From Thermoplasmata archaeon (GTDB lineage: Archaea; Thermoplasmatota; Thermoplasmata; Lutacidiplasmatales; UBA184): DNA of 64,000 bases. The notes below the pieces were generated by a model. The model ran no database searches and was not told where the DNA came from. It worked only from the letters and a program-made list of their open reading frames with translations. Below, piece after piece: positions 17,327 through 27,778 of this stretch; within the stretch, counting starts at the first letter, position 1, and every line of letters begins with the position of its first letter. The stretch lies in contig JAJYXQ010000043.1 in NCBI GenBank assembly GCA_021796385.1, positions 137,652-201,651 on the forward strand, given 5' to 3'. Made by a program: the position numbers and the translations under genes.

Positions 17327-20300
17327 TCAACGGATATCCTCCATATTGATTCGCATCACGACTCCCATGCTGATGAGTTCGTTCAGCAGGAGCTTGAACG
17401 AGTAGCTGATCTCCACCGGGTAGATGGCCGAGGTGTTGCCGCAGACCGGGCATCGGAGCGCCCGCGCCCGCGAATCCATGATGGCGATGTGCCCGCAGGA
17501 GGGGTTCCCACAGACGTATTGCACCGTCCGGTCGGACTCGTCCAAGAGTCGGTCCTTGATCACCATGGCGGCTCCGTGCCCGATGAGCGTGTCGCGCTCC
17601 ATTTCTCCGAACCGGAGACCGCCCTGGCGGCTCCTTCCCTCCGTGGGTTGTCGGGTGAGGATCTGCACGGGACCTCGGGAGCGCATGTGGAGCTTGTTCG
17701 CGACCATGTGATGGAGCTTCTGGTAGAAGATGACCCCCGTGAACACCTCGCCCTTGAGGCGTTGGCCGGTCACCCCGTCCCACATGACCTCCCGTCCGTT
17801 CGAATGGAATCCCATCTCCTTGAGCATGGATCGGATGGCCTCTTCCCGGTCTCCCGAGAACGCGGTCCCGTCGATAGAGCGCCCGTCGAGGGCTCCCATC
17901 TTCCCCCCGATCATCTCGAGGATGTGCGCGACGGTCATCCGGGAAGGGATGGCGTGGGGATTCATGATCACATCGGGCTGGACCCCATCCCGGGTGAATG
18001 GCATGTTCTCCTGGGGGACGATCAGGCCCACGACCCCCTTCTGTCCGTGGCGCGAGGCGAACTTGTCTCCCAGCTCGGGGACCCGCTCGTTCCGGACCTT
18101 GACCTTGACCAGCTTGGAGAAGTTCTCGCCATCGGTCAATGTGACCGAGTCCACGAAACCTCCCTCCCCGGCCCGGACGGTTACGGAACTCTCCCGCCGC
18201 TTCTGTGGGGTGAGTAAATCCGTCTTTTCCTCCAGGAACCGCGGGGGCGAGGTCTTCCCGATCAATACCTCCCCTTCGGTGACGGCGAGTTCCGGGTAAA
18301 TGAGCCCGTCCTCTCCGAGGTGCCGGTACGCCGTATCGACACGGGCGCCGGCGACATCGGGTCGAGGGATCTCGAAGCGGTCATCGTGGTTCCCCGGGTA
18401 CTTCCGTTCCTCGGCACGATAGGTCCGGAAGAAAGAGGAGCGTCCCAGCCCGCGCTCGATGGCGCCCTTGCTGATCACGATGGCGTCCTGCATGTTGTAG
18501 CCCTCGAACGAGAGCAAGGCGACCACGAAGTTCTGTCCGGCCGGCCGCTCCATGAAGTGCGTGTAGCGCTGGGTCTCCGTGGCCACCAAGGGGGCTTGGG
18601 GATAGTGCAGCACGTGCCCCCGGGTGTCCGGACGATATCGGTAGTTCACCGACTCGATCCCGAGCGATTGCTTGGCCATCGCCGCTCCCATCGTGACCCG
18701 CGGGGCGGAATTGTGCTCGGCGTACGGGATCAACCCGGCCGCCACACCCATGATGAGGTAGGGGTCGATCTCGAGATGGGTCGTCTCCTTTGTGAGGACC
18801 ATCGGGACCTTGAAGTCATGGTGACAGTACTTGCACGAGAGGTTGGCCTCGGACTCCTTTGTTCCGACGTTCTCCCAGATCACGTCCTTCTTCGACAGGG
18901 TGTGCGAGCATTCTGGGCACCGCTCAGGCGTCTCGTAAGCCTCGACCGCGACCAAGGCGTCCTCTTCCTCCTCGGCATCGAGCCATTCGACCTTTCCGGT
19001 CCGGATGAGGTCCGAGAAGGACATCGTACCGGCCTGGATGGCCTCGATATCCGGGCGGGTCACTCGAGGGACACCTCCCTGGATTACGATGAGGGCGCGT
19101 CGCAGACGACCCCGATCGCAGTTGACGATGACCTCGTTCATCGGGCCTTCGTACCGGACGTTGACCTCACTGCCGCGGTTCATGAGGGCGGGGGAGAGGT
19201 TCCCAGAGCGGCGTCGGGATCGGATCTCGCTCACCAGGGTCTCCGGATTCGGGTGCAGCCCGACCAGGTTCCCGTTCACGAAGACCCGGGCGGCACGCTT
19301 GCCACCCCGTCCCGTGCCTTTCTCCAAGGCGAGATGGGCGGAAATCTCTCGTGTGTCGAGATCGCGCAAAACAAGGGTCACTTCCTCATCGTCGGCACCC
19401 TCGCTCACGTCGACCATCAGGGCGTAGTTCTTCACGAGGCCGCAGTTCTGTCCCTCCGGGGTCTCGTTCGGGCAGAGTCGGCCCCACTGGGTCGGATGCA
19501 GGTCCCGGGCCTCGAAGTGGGGTTGGCTGTGCGTCAACTGGCTCGTGACCCGACGCAGATGGGAGAAGGTCGACACGTAGCTCGTCCGGTCCAGCATTTG
19601 CGAAACACCGGCGCGTCCACCGACCCAGTTCCCCGTGCCGAGGGCGTGCACCATGCGCTGGGTGAGAAGGTCCGGGCGTATCGCCGAGGAGACCCGGAGG
19701 TCCCGCTTCCGGGCGAAGGAGCGCTCCAACTGGTACTTGAGGTCCTTGAGCAACATCGTGAAGGCCACCCGGAAGAGGTCCTCCATGAGGTCACCGGCGA
19801 GCTTCAGGCGCTTGTTGGCGTAGTGGTCCTTGTCGTCTTCCTTGCGCAGGTTGAGGTTCAGTTCGAGGACGGTCCGCGCGATCCGGCCGAGGTAGAGGGC
19901 CTTCTTTAGCCGGTCGGCGGGCAGGTCGCCAAGATGCGGCAGGACGAGATGGTCCAGGATACCGGCCACCTTCTTCGTCCGGTACTCCTTGGCCTGGCCC
20001 GTAGCGAATTTCTTCTCGAGGAAGAGGAGGGCGTCCTCGGGGGTGGAGATCCCCTCGGGGGGATAGGAGAGCGGGTTCGCCACATCCTCGAGGTTCACGT
20101 TGAGGATGTGCTTCATGGTCTGGACGAAGGGCTCGTCCAGGAACATGAGCTCGGCGAGGACGGCCTGTTCGATCTCCTCGTCGTTCGCCATGCCGAGGGC
20201 CTTCATCAGAACGACGAGAGGGATCTGCCCTGCGGTCGATGGGATCGAGACCTGAAGGATGCCATCCTTCTTCTTCTCGACCGTGAGCGGGCTGCGGTAG

Positions 20301-21016
20301 CCCCCCCGCTGGGAAAAGATGCGGGCGCTCTCGACCGGGACGGAGCCGTACCGGTCGCTCAGTTCCGCAAAGATGCGGTTGCTGGCCCGGTCCTCGAGCG
20401 AAATGATCACCCGTTCCGTGCCGGAGATGATGAAATAGCCGCCGGGATCGTAGGGGTCCTCGCTGTACTCCATGAGCCGCGCCCGATACTCCTCATCCGA
20501 AAGAGGCATCCCACACCCGCGTTCCATGCCGGCCTTGCTCAGGCTGCACAACCGGCTCCGGGCCATGATAGGCATGTCACCGATGTGGACGAGCTCGGAT
20601 TCCCGCTCTACCCCGTTCTCGACCACGGTCACCTTGAGGTAGACCGGGGCCTGGTAGGTCAGGTTCCTCAGGCGAGCCTCCATCGGTGTAGGGGGGGAAA
20701 TTGCGGGTTTCGAGTCCACGGGTTGCTTGCCCTGGAGCGGCCCCACGAAAATCGTGGGCTCTGCGGTAGGATCGATGGCCCCCGTCCGGGGGTCCCGGCG
20801 CCGACCCACGCGGACGTAGATCGAGCTCTTCGTCTTCTCCACATCGAGCTTGATGATGCCCCGCTCCGTAGAATCCTCGCTGAGCCGGGCCTCGTCGACC
20901 ACCATCTGCATCCGAGAGAAGGGGTTCTCGGGCGACGGAATGAAATCGTTGAAGCTGGCGAGGTGGTGGTTGACCGCGGAGCGTTCCTTGAAGAATGCGC
21001 TGATGATCTCTCGCAT
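17327..21016 (-). CDS. rpoB: RNA polymerase subunit B (unsplit Rpo2)
   Basis: [36 protein letters not shown]-terminal zinc finger. Confidence 0.99.
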   Translation of the reverse strand: MREIISAFFKERSAVNHHLASFNDFIPSPENPFSRMQMVVDEARLSEDSTERGIIKLDVEKTKSSIYVRVGRRRDPRTGAIDPTAEPTIFVGPLQGKQPVDSKPAISPPTPMEARLRNLTYQAPVYLKVTVVENGVERESELVHIGDMPIMARSRLCSLSKAGMERGCGMPLSDEEYRARLMEYSEDPYDPGGYFIISGTERVIISLEDRASNRIFAELSDRYGSVPVESARIFSQRGGYRSPLTVEKKKDGILQVSIPSTAGQIPLVVLMKALGMANDEEIEQAVLAELMFLDEPFVQTMKHILNVNLEDVANPLSYPPEGISTPEDALLFLEKKFATGQAKEYRTKKVAGILDHLVLPHLGDLPADRLKKALYLGRIARTVLELNLNLRKEDDKDHYANKRLKLAGDLMEDLFRVAFTMLLKDLKYQLERSFARKRDLRVSSAIRPDLLTQRMVHALGTGNWVGGRAGVSQMLDRTSYVSTFSHLRRVTSQLTHSQPHFEARDLHPTQWGRLCPNETPEGQNCGLVKNYALMVDVSEGADDEEVTLVLRDLDTREISAHLALEKGTGRGGKRAARVFVNGNLVGLHPNPETLVSEIRSRRRSGNLSPALMNRGSEVNVRYEGPMNEVIVNCDRGRLRRALIVIQGGVPRVTRPDIEAIQAGTMSFSDLIRTGKVEWLDAEEEEDALVAVEAYETPERCPECSHTLSKKDVIWENVGTKESEANLSCKYCHHDFKVPMVLTKETTHLEIDPYLIMGVAAGLIPYAEHNSAPRVTMGAAMAKQSLGIESVNYRYRPDTRGHVLHYPQAPLVATETQRYTHFMERPAGQNFVVALLSFEGYNMQDAIVISKGAIERGLGRSSFFRTYRAEERKYPGNHDDRFEIPRPDVAGARVDTAYRHLGEDGLIYPELAVTEGEVLIGKTSPPRFLEEKTDLLTPQKRRESSVTVRAGEGGFVDSVTLTDGENFSKLVKVKVRNERVPELGDKFASRHGQKGVVGLIVPQENMPFTRDGVQPDVIMNPHAIPSRMTVAHILEMIGGKMGALDGRSIDGTAFSGDREEAIRSMLKEMGFHSNGREVMWDGVTGQRLKGEVFTGVIFYQKLHHMVANKLHMRSRGPVQILTRQPTEGRSRQGGLRFGEMERDTLIGHGAAMVIKDRLLDESDRTVQYVCGNPSCGHIAIMDSRARALRCPVCGNTSAIYPVEISYSFKLLLNELISMGVVMRINMEDIR

Positions 21017-21039
21017 GTTCCTTTTCCTCCTAACTGAAC

Positions 21040-21366
21040 CTAATCGAGCCGTCCTTCAGTGATGATACGATAATGGATCGTGCGGCCTGCGGTCGGGGAG
21101 ATCCGTCGGATCTCCACGATGCGGCCCACAAGGTTCTCGTTCGCAGCGATGGCTGCGCGGTACGTGGGGTCGTTGGCCAGGCCCGGGTCGTAGAGCGTGA
21201 TCTTGGGCAACCGGTCCGGCGTCGTCGCGAACTGGGCCATGACCTTCATGCCTTCCTCATGCGTGAGGAGTACATGCTCGGGGACCATGTTGTGGCGGAC
21301 AAAGTCGGTACCCTGGAGCGCATCCTTCGGATTCGCCCCCTTCTTCTTCGAGGTTTTCGCTGGCAT
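21040..21366 (-). CDS. rpoH: RNA polymerase subunit H (Rpo5)
   Basis: [25 protein letters not shown]; start moved to ATG 21366 because the longer ORF overlaps the tRNA. Confidence 0.93.
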   Translation of the reverse strand: MPAKTSKKKGANPKDALQGTDFVRHNMVPEHVLLTHEEGMKVMAQFATTPDRLPKITLYDPGLANDPTYRAAIAANENLVGRIVEIRRISPTAGRTIHYRIITEGRLD

Positions 21367-21398
21367 CTTTTCAACACTCCTTGGAATGGGAAATGGGG

Positions 21399-21537
21399 CG
21401 GGCCCGCGGGGAGTTCCGGAGAGGGAGCCGGTACGGCTCCCCACCTTTCGAACCCCGGACCAACCGGTTAAAAGCCGGATGCTCTGTCCCGGGCCAGGGC
21501 TGGTGCCCAGCGGCCTGCCGGGCTGAGCTACGGACCC
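21399..21537 (-). tRNA. tRNA-Lys (TTT) with two non-canonical introns (21486-21516 at 20/21; 21413-21446 at 59/60)
   Basis: Removing both inserts gives a 74-nt cloverleaf GGGTCCG-TA-GCTC-AGCCCGGCA-GAGC-A-TCCGG-CTTTTAA-CCGGT-TGGTC-CGGGG-TTCGAAT-CCCCG-CGGGCCC-G; both inserts fold as BHB/BHL. Confidence 0.92.
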
Positions 21538-21546
21538 ACCCCAACT

Positions 21547-21873
21547 TCACGGCAAACTCTCCAGGCGGCTTATCACAGACCAGAGAGACGTACGGCCATG
21601 CACGGGAAGGTTCGAATCGTTTGCAAGATCGTCTAGGATGCCGACGGCGCTGGCCACCCGAACATCGACGGCGACCGTCTCCTTGTTCAGCGCTTCGAGG
21701 GCGCCTTGGATGCCCCGACGGAGGTTTCGAGGGAGGGAAGTGTCTTGGGTGAGCTCGTGCAGGAGGTCAAGCACCCCCTTCATCGACCCGACGGCAGTGG
21801 CCGAGGGGGTGTCCGAGGGCTTCCCGATCCCCCCAGCGGGGACCCCTTGGGCTGGAGTAGATGAAAGATTCAT
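21547..21873 (-). CDS. UPF0147 family protein
   Basis: DTSLPRNLRR, LDDLANDSNLPVHGRT.LW.VIS.LE. Confidence 0.85.
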   Translation of the reverse strand: MNLSSTPAQGVPAGGIGKPSDTPSATAVGSMKGVLDLLHELTQDTSLPRNLRRGIQGALEALNKETVAVDVRVASAVGILDDLANDSNLPVHGRTSLWSVISRLESLP

Positions 21874-22211
21874 GCCGTGGCCTTCCGTTCCCCGCTCTCC
21901 TTGTACGACGTGACCACGAGGAGGGTCTTCGACTCGCGGATACCCCGTACGTCGGGAAGGCGATGAAGCACGAACTCCTTGAGGTCTCCGTAATGCGGGA
22001 AGCGGACCTTGAGGAAGATATCGATGTCCCCGGTGACCAGATAGACATCCTCCACCTCGCTGAAACGGGACACTTCGATGGCCACATGGTCGGCCTCGGT
22101 GGTCTCCACCTTGAGCCCGATGATGGCGACAACGGTGTCCTCACCCCAGACTTTCGTGAACGCCCCTTCGACCGCCGTTCCTACCGGAGACTTGTCCTTG
22201 TTGTTCGCCAT
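21870..22211 (-). CDS. Stand-alone Lrp/AsnC ligand-binding (RAM) domain protein
   Basis: VEDVYLVTGDIDIFLKV, GIRESKTLLV; no HTH. Confidence 0.85.
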   Translation of the reverse strand: MANNKDKSPVGTAVEGAFTKVWGEDTVVAIIGLKVETTEADHVAIEVSRFSEVEDVYLVTGDIDIFLKVRFPHYGDLKEFVLHRLPDVRGIRESKTLLVVTSYKESGERKATA

Positions 22212-22227
22212 AATCAGAACCGAGGGT

Positions 22228-22401
22228 TCACCGGGGAGGGAGGGATTCCACTTCTTCTCGGAGATCGTCGATCACCATGTCGATGAGCGCGGTGGGAGAC
22301 ACGGAGCGGTATTCCCGGCGGCCGTTGGCCTCGGAAGCGACACGGGCGACCAAGCCTCCGCTCGTCCGGATGAATTCAACGTTGACTATGAGCTCGTCCA
22401 C
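22228..22401 (-). CDS. Small hypothetical protein (57 aa)
   Basis: GTG-initiated C-terminal part of ORF 22228..22728 (DELIVNVEFIRT...REYRS); co-oriented and 16 nt from next gene. Confidence 0.5.
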   Translation of the reverse strand: MDELIVNVEFIRTSGGLVARVASEANGRREYRSVSPTALIDMVIDDLREEVESLPPR

Positions 22402-22545
22402 CAATGGGAACCCCCGTACCCGCTCTCTGGGGCACTCATCCTCCCTATTAAGCCTTTTGGCCGATTCGCGGTCGAAGCTACTCGCGGCGGCCGTGTCCAA
22501 CTCTGGAAACGGAGAGTTGATAGGCAGGGAACGCTCCACAAACCA

Positions 22546-23130
22546 ATGGCCTCGATAGTGCATCTCCAGGAGGCCGTGGACTCCTGGTGGGTTCGCCGCA
22601 CACCGCAGCTGAAAGTGGTCTTCCGCGTGCTGTTCGGTGTCATCTGGGGCATCGATGGCTCCCTGAAGTTCACTCCGGGGCTGGTCAGCGCCTTCCCTCA
22701 GATGGTCTCGGACGCAGCCCAAGGCCAACCGGCTTGGCTCTCGGGATGGTTCTCGTTCTGGCAGGCCCAGGTGTCTGCAGATCCTGCCCTTTGGGTCTAC
22801 TCTACGGGCATCTTCGAGTTGGTTCTCGCCTTGGCCCTCTGTTTGGGTATCCTCCGGAAGTTAGCGTACACCGGCGGGATCCTACTTAGCCTCGTCATCT
22901 GGGCTGTTCCCGAGGGGTTTGGAGGACCATATGGGCCAGGGTCCACCGACATCGGTACCGGGGTCATTTATGCGATGGTCTTCCTGATGCTCATGGTGAT
23001 CAGCGCGACTTATGGCCCGAGCACCTGGAGCGTGGACTACTACCTTGAACGCCGGTGGCCGTGGTGGGCTCGGCTTTCTGAGATACGGTCACCGCGTCCG
23101 AGCCCCGCTGCGAATCCCGACAAAGCATGA
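22546..23130 (+). CDS. DoxX/DoxD-like membrane protein
   Basis: RVLFGVIW..DG.LKF, E....LALCLG, WAVPEGFGGPY..GSTDIG, SVD; 4 TM. Confidence 0.75.
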   Translation: MASIVHLQEAVDSWWVRRTPQLKVVFRVLFGVIWGIDGSLKFTPGLVSAFPQMVSDAAQGQPAWLSGWFSFWQAQVSADPALWVYSTGIFELVLALALCLGILRKLAYTGGILLSLVIWAVPEGFGGPYGPGSTDIGTGVIYAMVFLMLMVISATYGPSTWSVDYYLERRWPWWARLSEIRSPRPSPAANPDKA

Positions 23131-23666
23131 GTCGAGTTGTCGCCCTTCTCCGGGCGATCAACGTGGGGGGGAACGTCGTGGCGATGCGGGACATTGCGCG
23201 CTCGTTCCTCCGGCATGGCCACAAAGAGGTGGAGACTTGGCTCCGGACCGGCAACGTGATCTTCTCTCCGTCCCAGGGCCTGACGATCGGCCTCGATGCG
23301 ACGATCGAGGCTGATCTATTCAAAGACCTTCGGTTGAAGACCACGGTGTTGGTCCGTTCGGAGAAAGAGTTTCGGAACGTCATGGACTGGAATCCGTTCC
23401 CGGCGGAAGCCCAGGAAGACCCGAGCCACCTTGTAGTATACTTCTTGCGCGAACTCCCTGCGAAAGGCGCTCTCGACATGCTCGCTCGGGCGCACGGAGG
23501 ACCGGAACGCCTGAGCATGCCCTACGACCATCTTTACGTAGTGTACCCCAAAGGGATCGCACGATCTAAACTAACGCTGGATAAGATAGAAAAGGCGTTG
23601 CAGACTTCGGGAACGGGTCGAAACTGGAACACGGTTTGCAAGCTTAGGCAGCTTTGCGCCCATTGA
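23127..23666 (+). CDS. DUF1697 family protein
   Basis: VALLRAINVGG, TGNVIF, TGRNWNTV. Confidence 0.9.
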   Translation: MSRVVALLRAINVGGNVVAMRDIARSFLRHGHKEVETWLRTGNVIFSPSQGLTIGLDATIEADLFKDLRLKTTVLVRSEKEFRNVMDWNPFPAEAQEDPSHLVVYFLRELPAKGALDMLARAHGGPERLSMPYDHLYVVYPKGIARSKLTLDKIEKALQTSGTGRNWNTVCKLRQLCAH

Positions 23667-23728
23667 CAAGGTACCCATCGTCGCCTCGGCACGCGAAGTG
23701 GAAGGGACCTCTTACGATGTCCGCTCTG

Positions 23729-24178
23729 TCATTGGGCAGTGGCCGAGCGTCGGGCCCCCTTCCGCTGGCGGTCCCCCGAAAGTACCGGGCCGTGGTCGGG
23801 TCCGATGAACTCCCACCAGATACCATCCGGGTCGGACACGTACACGAGGCGCATTCGTCCATCGGGAAGTTCGTAGCGGGTCTTTCCTCCTGCGCGCCGG
23901 GCCAGGGCCACCCAGCGAGTCAGGTCCGGAACGGCGATGCCGAAATGATCGAACTCCGAGCCGGTGCGATACCGTTCGTGGTACGGGGTATGGGCAGGAT
24001 AGAAATTGAGCTCCAAGCGATGGTGCGAGCCCGGGAACTTCAAATGGACCCACACTCCGCCATGGTCCATGACACCACGGCGGAAGACCTTGAAGCCGAG
24101 CACCCGATAGAATTTCAACGAACGTTCCAGGTTGCGCACCCGGATGCCCGAGTAAAAGAACCGAGCCTTCGAGACCAT
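23729..24178 (-). CDS. VOC/glyoxalase family protein
   Basis: GIRVRNLERSLKFY, LEL, FDHFGIAV, DPDGIWWE. Confidence 0.88.
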   Translation of the reverse strand: MVSKARFFYSGIRVRNLERSLKFYRVLGFKVFRRGVMDHGGVWVHLKFPGSHHRLELNFYPAHTPYHERYRTGSEFDHFGIAVPDLTRWVALARRAGGKTRYELPDGRMRLVYVSDPDGIWWEFIGPDHGPVLSGDRQRKGARRSATAQ

Positions 24179-24292
24179 GGATTCGCCATGGGCGGGGAGA
24201 TGATAAGGGCGGCGGTTCGACGGTCAATGCTCTTTGCACGACCTGGCCGTCACGAGATCTGTCCAGAGCGCCTCCGGGACGGGCGATCCGAC

Positions 24293-25408
24293 CTACTGGA
24301 CGTCCATGAAGTCCATCTTGAGGATTGACCGGACCCATCCCAACGAGTCCCGAAGGAGCGACACGGCGATCTCCAGCCCGAACCAGGCGATGGCTACCAC
24401 ATTGAAGAGTCCCGCCCACATCCTCAACACAGGAAGTCCCTCAAGGTCCGCATACACCCGGACCGCCAGGGTGGACTCGATGAGTACGAACGGCAGGTAG
24501 AATGTCTTCCGGAACCTGACCTCCCGGCGCAGGATGACCCGGAGGATGACCATCGAGTGGGCCATGATCATCGAGAAGACGAACCCGAGGAAGATGGAGT
24601 GAAGGAAAGCGTCGTAGACAAGGTAGGGCAAGGTCAACCCACCCCATATCGCGATGACCGCGGCCTCCAGGAGCCAAACATACCCCGACAAGAGACAGAG
24701 TGCGACGAACCGTGTTCCCCCGGACTGTCGGACATTCAACCGCGCGATGTCGAACCGGAGCAGCCAGAGCCCGAGGCCCGCCAGGCCGGCGACGGCGCTC
24801 GACACCCCCCAGGCGAAGTCCCAAAGGCTCAGGACGGGCGCTAAGATGATGAGCCCCACGGAGAGCGTGAATGTCGCCTGCCGGAAACGCGAAGAAGCGA
24901 GCACCCGCGCGAGCTCGAGCCGTTCCGCGGCGACCAGCAGGACCAGGAAGCCAACCCACCACAGCACCATCCATGGGACCTGGCCACTGACCCACCACGC
25001 CACGTTACCCATCAGGAGGAGCACGGCACCGGCCAGCATCACGCCGGAGTGAAGAGCCGGTTGCCACCGATAGATCATGAGGAATAGACCGGTCAGTCCC
25101 GCACCGCTTGCAATCCAGACCGCGCCCGAGAGGAATTCTCCCCTGGGAGCGAGCAGGAGGAGGGCACCGGCCCCCGAGAGCATCGGCACCACAAGCGCCC
25201 AGCGTCGGTGGACCGCCACGGCCCTCTCGAGACCGATGAGCGTGGCGAGGACCCCGTTCACCATGATGGGCCCATGCATCTCCTCAAAGCCCGGCAACGG
25301 CAACGCCAGGCTCCACCCGATGAGATCCAAGGCGGCCCACAAACCGAGCGCCACTGCGATGAGCGCCAGCGGGACCGGGAGGAGCCGCAGACGCTCACCC
25401 GGCCGCAT
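24293..25408 (-). CDS. Polytopic membrane protein (NnrS-like / NO-cluster-associated type)
   Basis: About 12 TM; HGPIMVNG...LIGLERAVA, AERLELAR, DAFLHSIFLGFVFSMIMAH with conserved-looking His. Confidence 0.7.
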   Translation of the reverse strand: MRPGERLRLLPVPLALIAVALGLWAALDLIGWSLALPLPGFEEMHGPIMVNGVLATLIGLERAVAVHRRWALVVPMLSGAGALLLLAPRGEFLSGAVWIASGAGLTGLFLMIYRWQPALHSGVMLAGAVLLLMGNVAWWVSGQVPWMVLWWVGFLVLLVAAERLELARVLASSRFRQATFTLSVGLIILAPVLSLWDFAWGVSSAVAGLAGLGLWLLRFDIARLNVRQSGGTRFVALCLLSGYVWLLEAAVIAIWGGLTLPYLVYDAFLHSIFLGFVFSMIMAHSMVILRVILRREVRFRKTFYLPFVLIESTLAVRVYADLEGLPVLRMWAGLFNVVAIAWFGLEIAVSLLRDSLGWVRSILKMDFMDVQ

Positions 25409-25419
25409 ACCCGGGCCGA

Positions 25420-25704
25420 CTACGGTCGCGAAACCGGCAGCGGAGTGCGTGGCTCCGGAGAGATCCGCCCGATCCGGACCCTCCAAGTCAAGGGGCCTGT
25501 CTCCACATAGGTCCAAGAGAAGGTCCCGTTTCGCTCCGCGAGGAACTGGTAGTAGAGGGGCTTCGGGTCGTGGTCGTTAACCAAGAGGAAGCTTTGCCCC
25601 TCCTTCAGGGCCTCAAAGGCCCCGAAGATCATCGGATGCTTCTGAGGCGCAGGAACGGGTCGTACGTCGATCACGCGCTCGCTATCTTCTTTGGGTCCGG
25701 GCAT
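25420..25704 (-). CDS. DUF2249 domain protein
   Basis: IDVR..PAPQKHP.IF.AF..L..G..F.LVNDHDPKPLYYQF. Confidence 0.88.
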   Translation of the reverse strand: MPGPKEDSERVIDVRPVPAPQKHPMIFGAFEALKEGQSFLLVNDHDPKPLYYQFLAERNGTFSWTYVETGPLTWRVRIGRISPEPRTPLPVSRP

Positions 25705-25755
25705 GATGATCTATCCTCGGTGGGCCCACACCCGCTTTTAGCTAAGTCCCGTGTA

Positions 25756-25767
25756 CGAACCCGTTCG
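25756..25767. promoter_or_regulatory. Inverted repeat CGAA-N4-TTCG (candidate operator)
   Basis: CGAA-CCCG-TTCG centred between divergent genes, flanked by AT-rich boxes. Confidence 0.6.
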
Positions 25768-25805
25768 GAAGCAAAAGTAACCCGGGCCATTCCGTCAGCT
25801 AGCCG

Positions 25806-27032
25806 ATGACGATATCGAAATCCTACCGTCCGTTCCTCGTGGCTGCGCCCGTGCATCTGATGGCCTGGGGTGCGCTCTGGGACCTTTCCGGGCGCTGGGG
25901 CCTTCCGACCGTGTCTTGGGATGCTTTCCTTTGGCTTTTTGTGATCGGTTTCGTCGGATGTACCATCCTGGGGTTCCTTCTGCATCTTTTCCCCGCCCTC
26001 GCCCGAAGGCCTATGGTTCCGCCTCACGACCGCGGTGTTCTCTTCGTACTGACCGAGGCCGCCGTGGTCCTAGGGACGGTGGGTCTTGACGGGGCACCGT
26101 GGGTTTGGATCGCAGGCTCCGCGCTCTGGATGGGAACGGTGCTGCTCTTCGGGAACCATCTTCGTCTGTTGCTTCGGACCCCCGCCAAGCTCTCGGCTGC
26201 GACGACGTACCCGACCGACACTCGAGTCCTGCCGCTCGTGCTGGCCTCCGTGGCGTTCGCAGCACTGGCTGCGGGCTTCTGGCTCGTGGCAGCGATCGTT
26301 CCAGCCCTGGATGCCGAACCCGGGGTAGGTTTGTGGGTGGCGGGGCTCCACTTGTACCTCTTGGGACAAGTGGTGTTGCTCATTCTCGGTGTAAGCCTCT
26401 TTCTGGTCCCGCGGGCTCTGAGTGCCCCGGTTCCCCTTAGGATCTTTCGGCCAGTGCCCCCCCTTGCAATAGCCGGTGCTATCCTGGTACCTTTGGGTAT
26501 GCTCTGGCTTCCAAACTCGGCATTCTACTTGCTAGCGTTGCTCGCGCTCCCGGAAGCGCTTGCTGCGACACTATACGCTATCGGACTGGGGGTGCTGCTC
26601 GCCCGCGCCCGGACCCCCAAACCCCAGGCGACTCTCTTCCTTGTGGCGGCCCTCTTCCTCCTGCTGGGAGGAGGGATCGGGCTTGCCATGTCCCTTACGG
26701 GAGACTTCACATGGATCGGGGCCCATGCGCTCGTCAATCTCTTCGGGTTCGTGGGGATCATGGTCATGGGAATGGCGTTCAGCATGATCGCTCCGTTCCA
26801 GTTCATCACGCATGCCTGGACCATCCGGGCGATGCGCCTGGAACTGGGGGTACTCGCTGCGATCGCCGGATTGGCTACGGTCGTCCCGCTCGCCTCGGCT
26901 GGGCTGGGCGGAATGGCCTCGGAGCTGATCGGGGCCCTTGTGGTCCTTGCCGGCGGGATCTTTTGGGCCGGGTCCGTCCCGGTTCTCTACTATTCTGGCA
27001 CGCGCGGAGCGGTCTCCCCAAAGAATCATTAG
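25806..27032 (+). CDS. Polytopic membrane protein (heme-copper oxidase subunit I-like / NnrS-like fold)
   Basis: About 12 TM; G...HLFP, LHLYLLG...GV...LVP, AHALVNLFGF repeats. Confidence 0.65.
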   Translation: MTISKSYRPFLVAAPVHLMAWGALWDLSGRWGLPTVSWDAFLWLFVIGFVGCTILGFLLHLFPALARRPMVPPHDRGVLFVLTEAAVVLGTVGLDGAPWVWIAGSALWMGTVLLFGNHLRLLLRTPAKLSAATTYPTDTRVLPLVLASVAFAALAAGFWLVAAIVPALDAEPGVGLWVAGLHLYLLGQVVLLILGVSLFLVPRALSAPVPLRIFRPVPPLAIAGAILVPLGMLWLPNSAFYLLALLALPEALAATLYAIGLGVLLARARTPKPQATLFLVAALFLLLGGGIGLAMSLTGDFTWIGAHALVNLFGFVGIMVMGMAFSMIAPFQFITHAWTIRAMRLELGVLAAIAGLATVVPLASAGLGGMASELIGALVVLAGGIFWAGSVPVLYYSGTRGAVSPKNH

Positions 27033-27058
27033 ACCACGGGCTATCTTCCCGCGACTGA

Positions 27059-27730
27059 ATGCCCCGAACCACATCCCCGTCCACCCTGGTCTGCCGGCTT
27101 CGGGTTCCCCTGCCCGAAGCCGCTTGGATCTCGAAGTTCTCCATGGCGCATCCGGACATCACCGTCGAGATCCTGGGCCATCTCATGAGCGGGAAGGGGG
27201 AAGCGACGGTGGGACTCTCCCTCCGCGGTGAGGGGGCAGAGGGTATGCGCGGACCGATGGCCGCCATTCCAGGGGTCCGCGAGGTGGAAGTAGTGGAAGT
27301 ACGTTCCGGTTCGACCGAGTACCGTGTGGTCCACACGACACCCAGCCTGCTTCCGAACTTGGCCGACCTCCACCTCATGCCCCGCTTCCCGTTCCTCATC
27401 CGGGAAGGGCAGGCCACCTGGGTGATCGCGGCCTCGGAGGACCGGATACGCGAGCTCTATGCCCGCCTCAAGGCAAAGGCTCCGGGGGTGGTGATCGAGT
27501 CTTTGAGGCACACCCACAGCCAGGGTGACCTCGGGCTCCTCACTCCGCGCCAGCGTACGGTCTTCGACCGGGCCATGGCGGAGGGGTACTACGAGGTCCC
27601 CCGTAGGGTCACCTTGACCGAACTCGCCTCGGGACTTGGCGTTGCCAAGTCGACCCTATCCGAATCGTTGGCCACGATTGAGCGTAAGATCTTGAAGGAA
27701 ACGGCCGACCGTGGGAACCGGCTGGCGTGA
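27059..27730 (+). CDS. Bacterio-opsin activator-type (HTH_10) transcription regulator
   Basis: LTPRQ..VF..A...GYYEVPRRVTLTELA..LGVAKSTLSE.L. Confidence 0.9.
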   Translation: MPRTTSPSTLVCRLRVPLPEAAWISKFSMAHPDITVEILGHLMSGKGEATVGLSLRGEGAEGMRGPMAAIPGVREVEVVEVRSGSTEYRVVHTTPSLLPNLADLHLMPRFPFLIREGQATWVIAASEDRIRELYARLKAKAPGVVIESLRHTHSQGDLGLLTPRQRTVFDRAMAEGYYEVPRRVTLTELASGLGVAKSTLSESLATIERKILKETADRGNRLA

Positions 27731-27778
27731 ACATCCCGTCCGTCTCGCACGCGGAATTCGGCAGTCAGTTAGCGGGAC

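Noticed and set aside
13265-21037. Long plus-strand ORFs (e.g. 529, 405, 367 aa) opposite the rpo genes
   Set aside because: Antisense shadows expected from GC3-biased codons; no motifs
21367-21444. N-terminal extension of RpoH (134-aa ORF)
   Set aside because: Overlaps the 3' exon and intron of tRNA-Lys; ATG 21366 follows a GGAGTG ribosome-binding site
22078-22545. N-terminal 156 aa of the 350-aa DoxX ORF
   Set aside because: Overlaps two minus-strand genes; membrane-protein character begins only at ATG 22546
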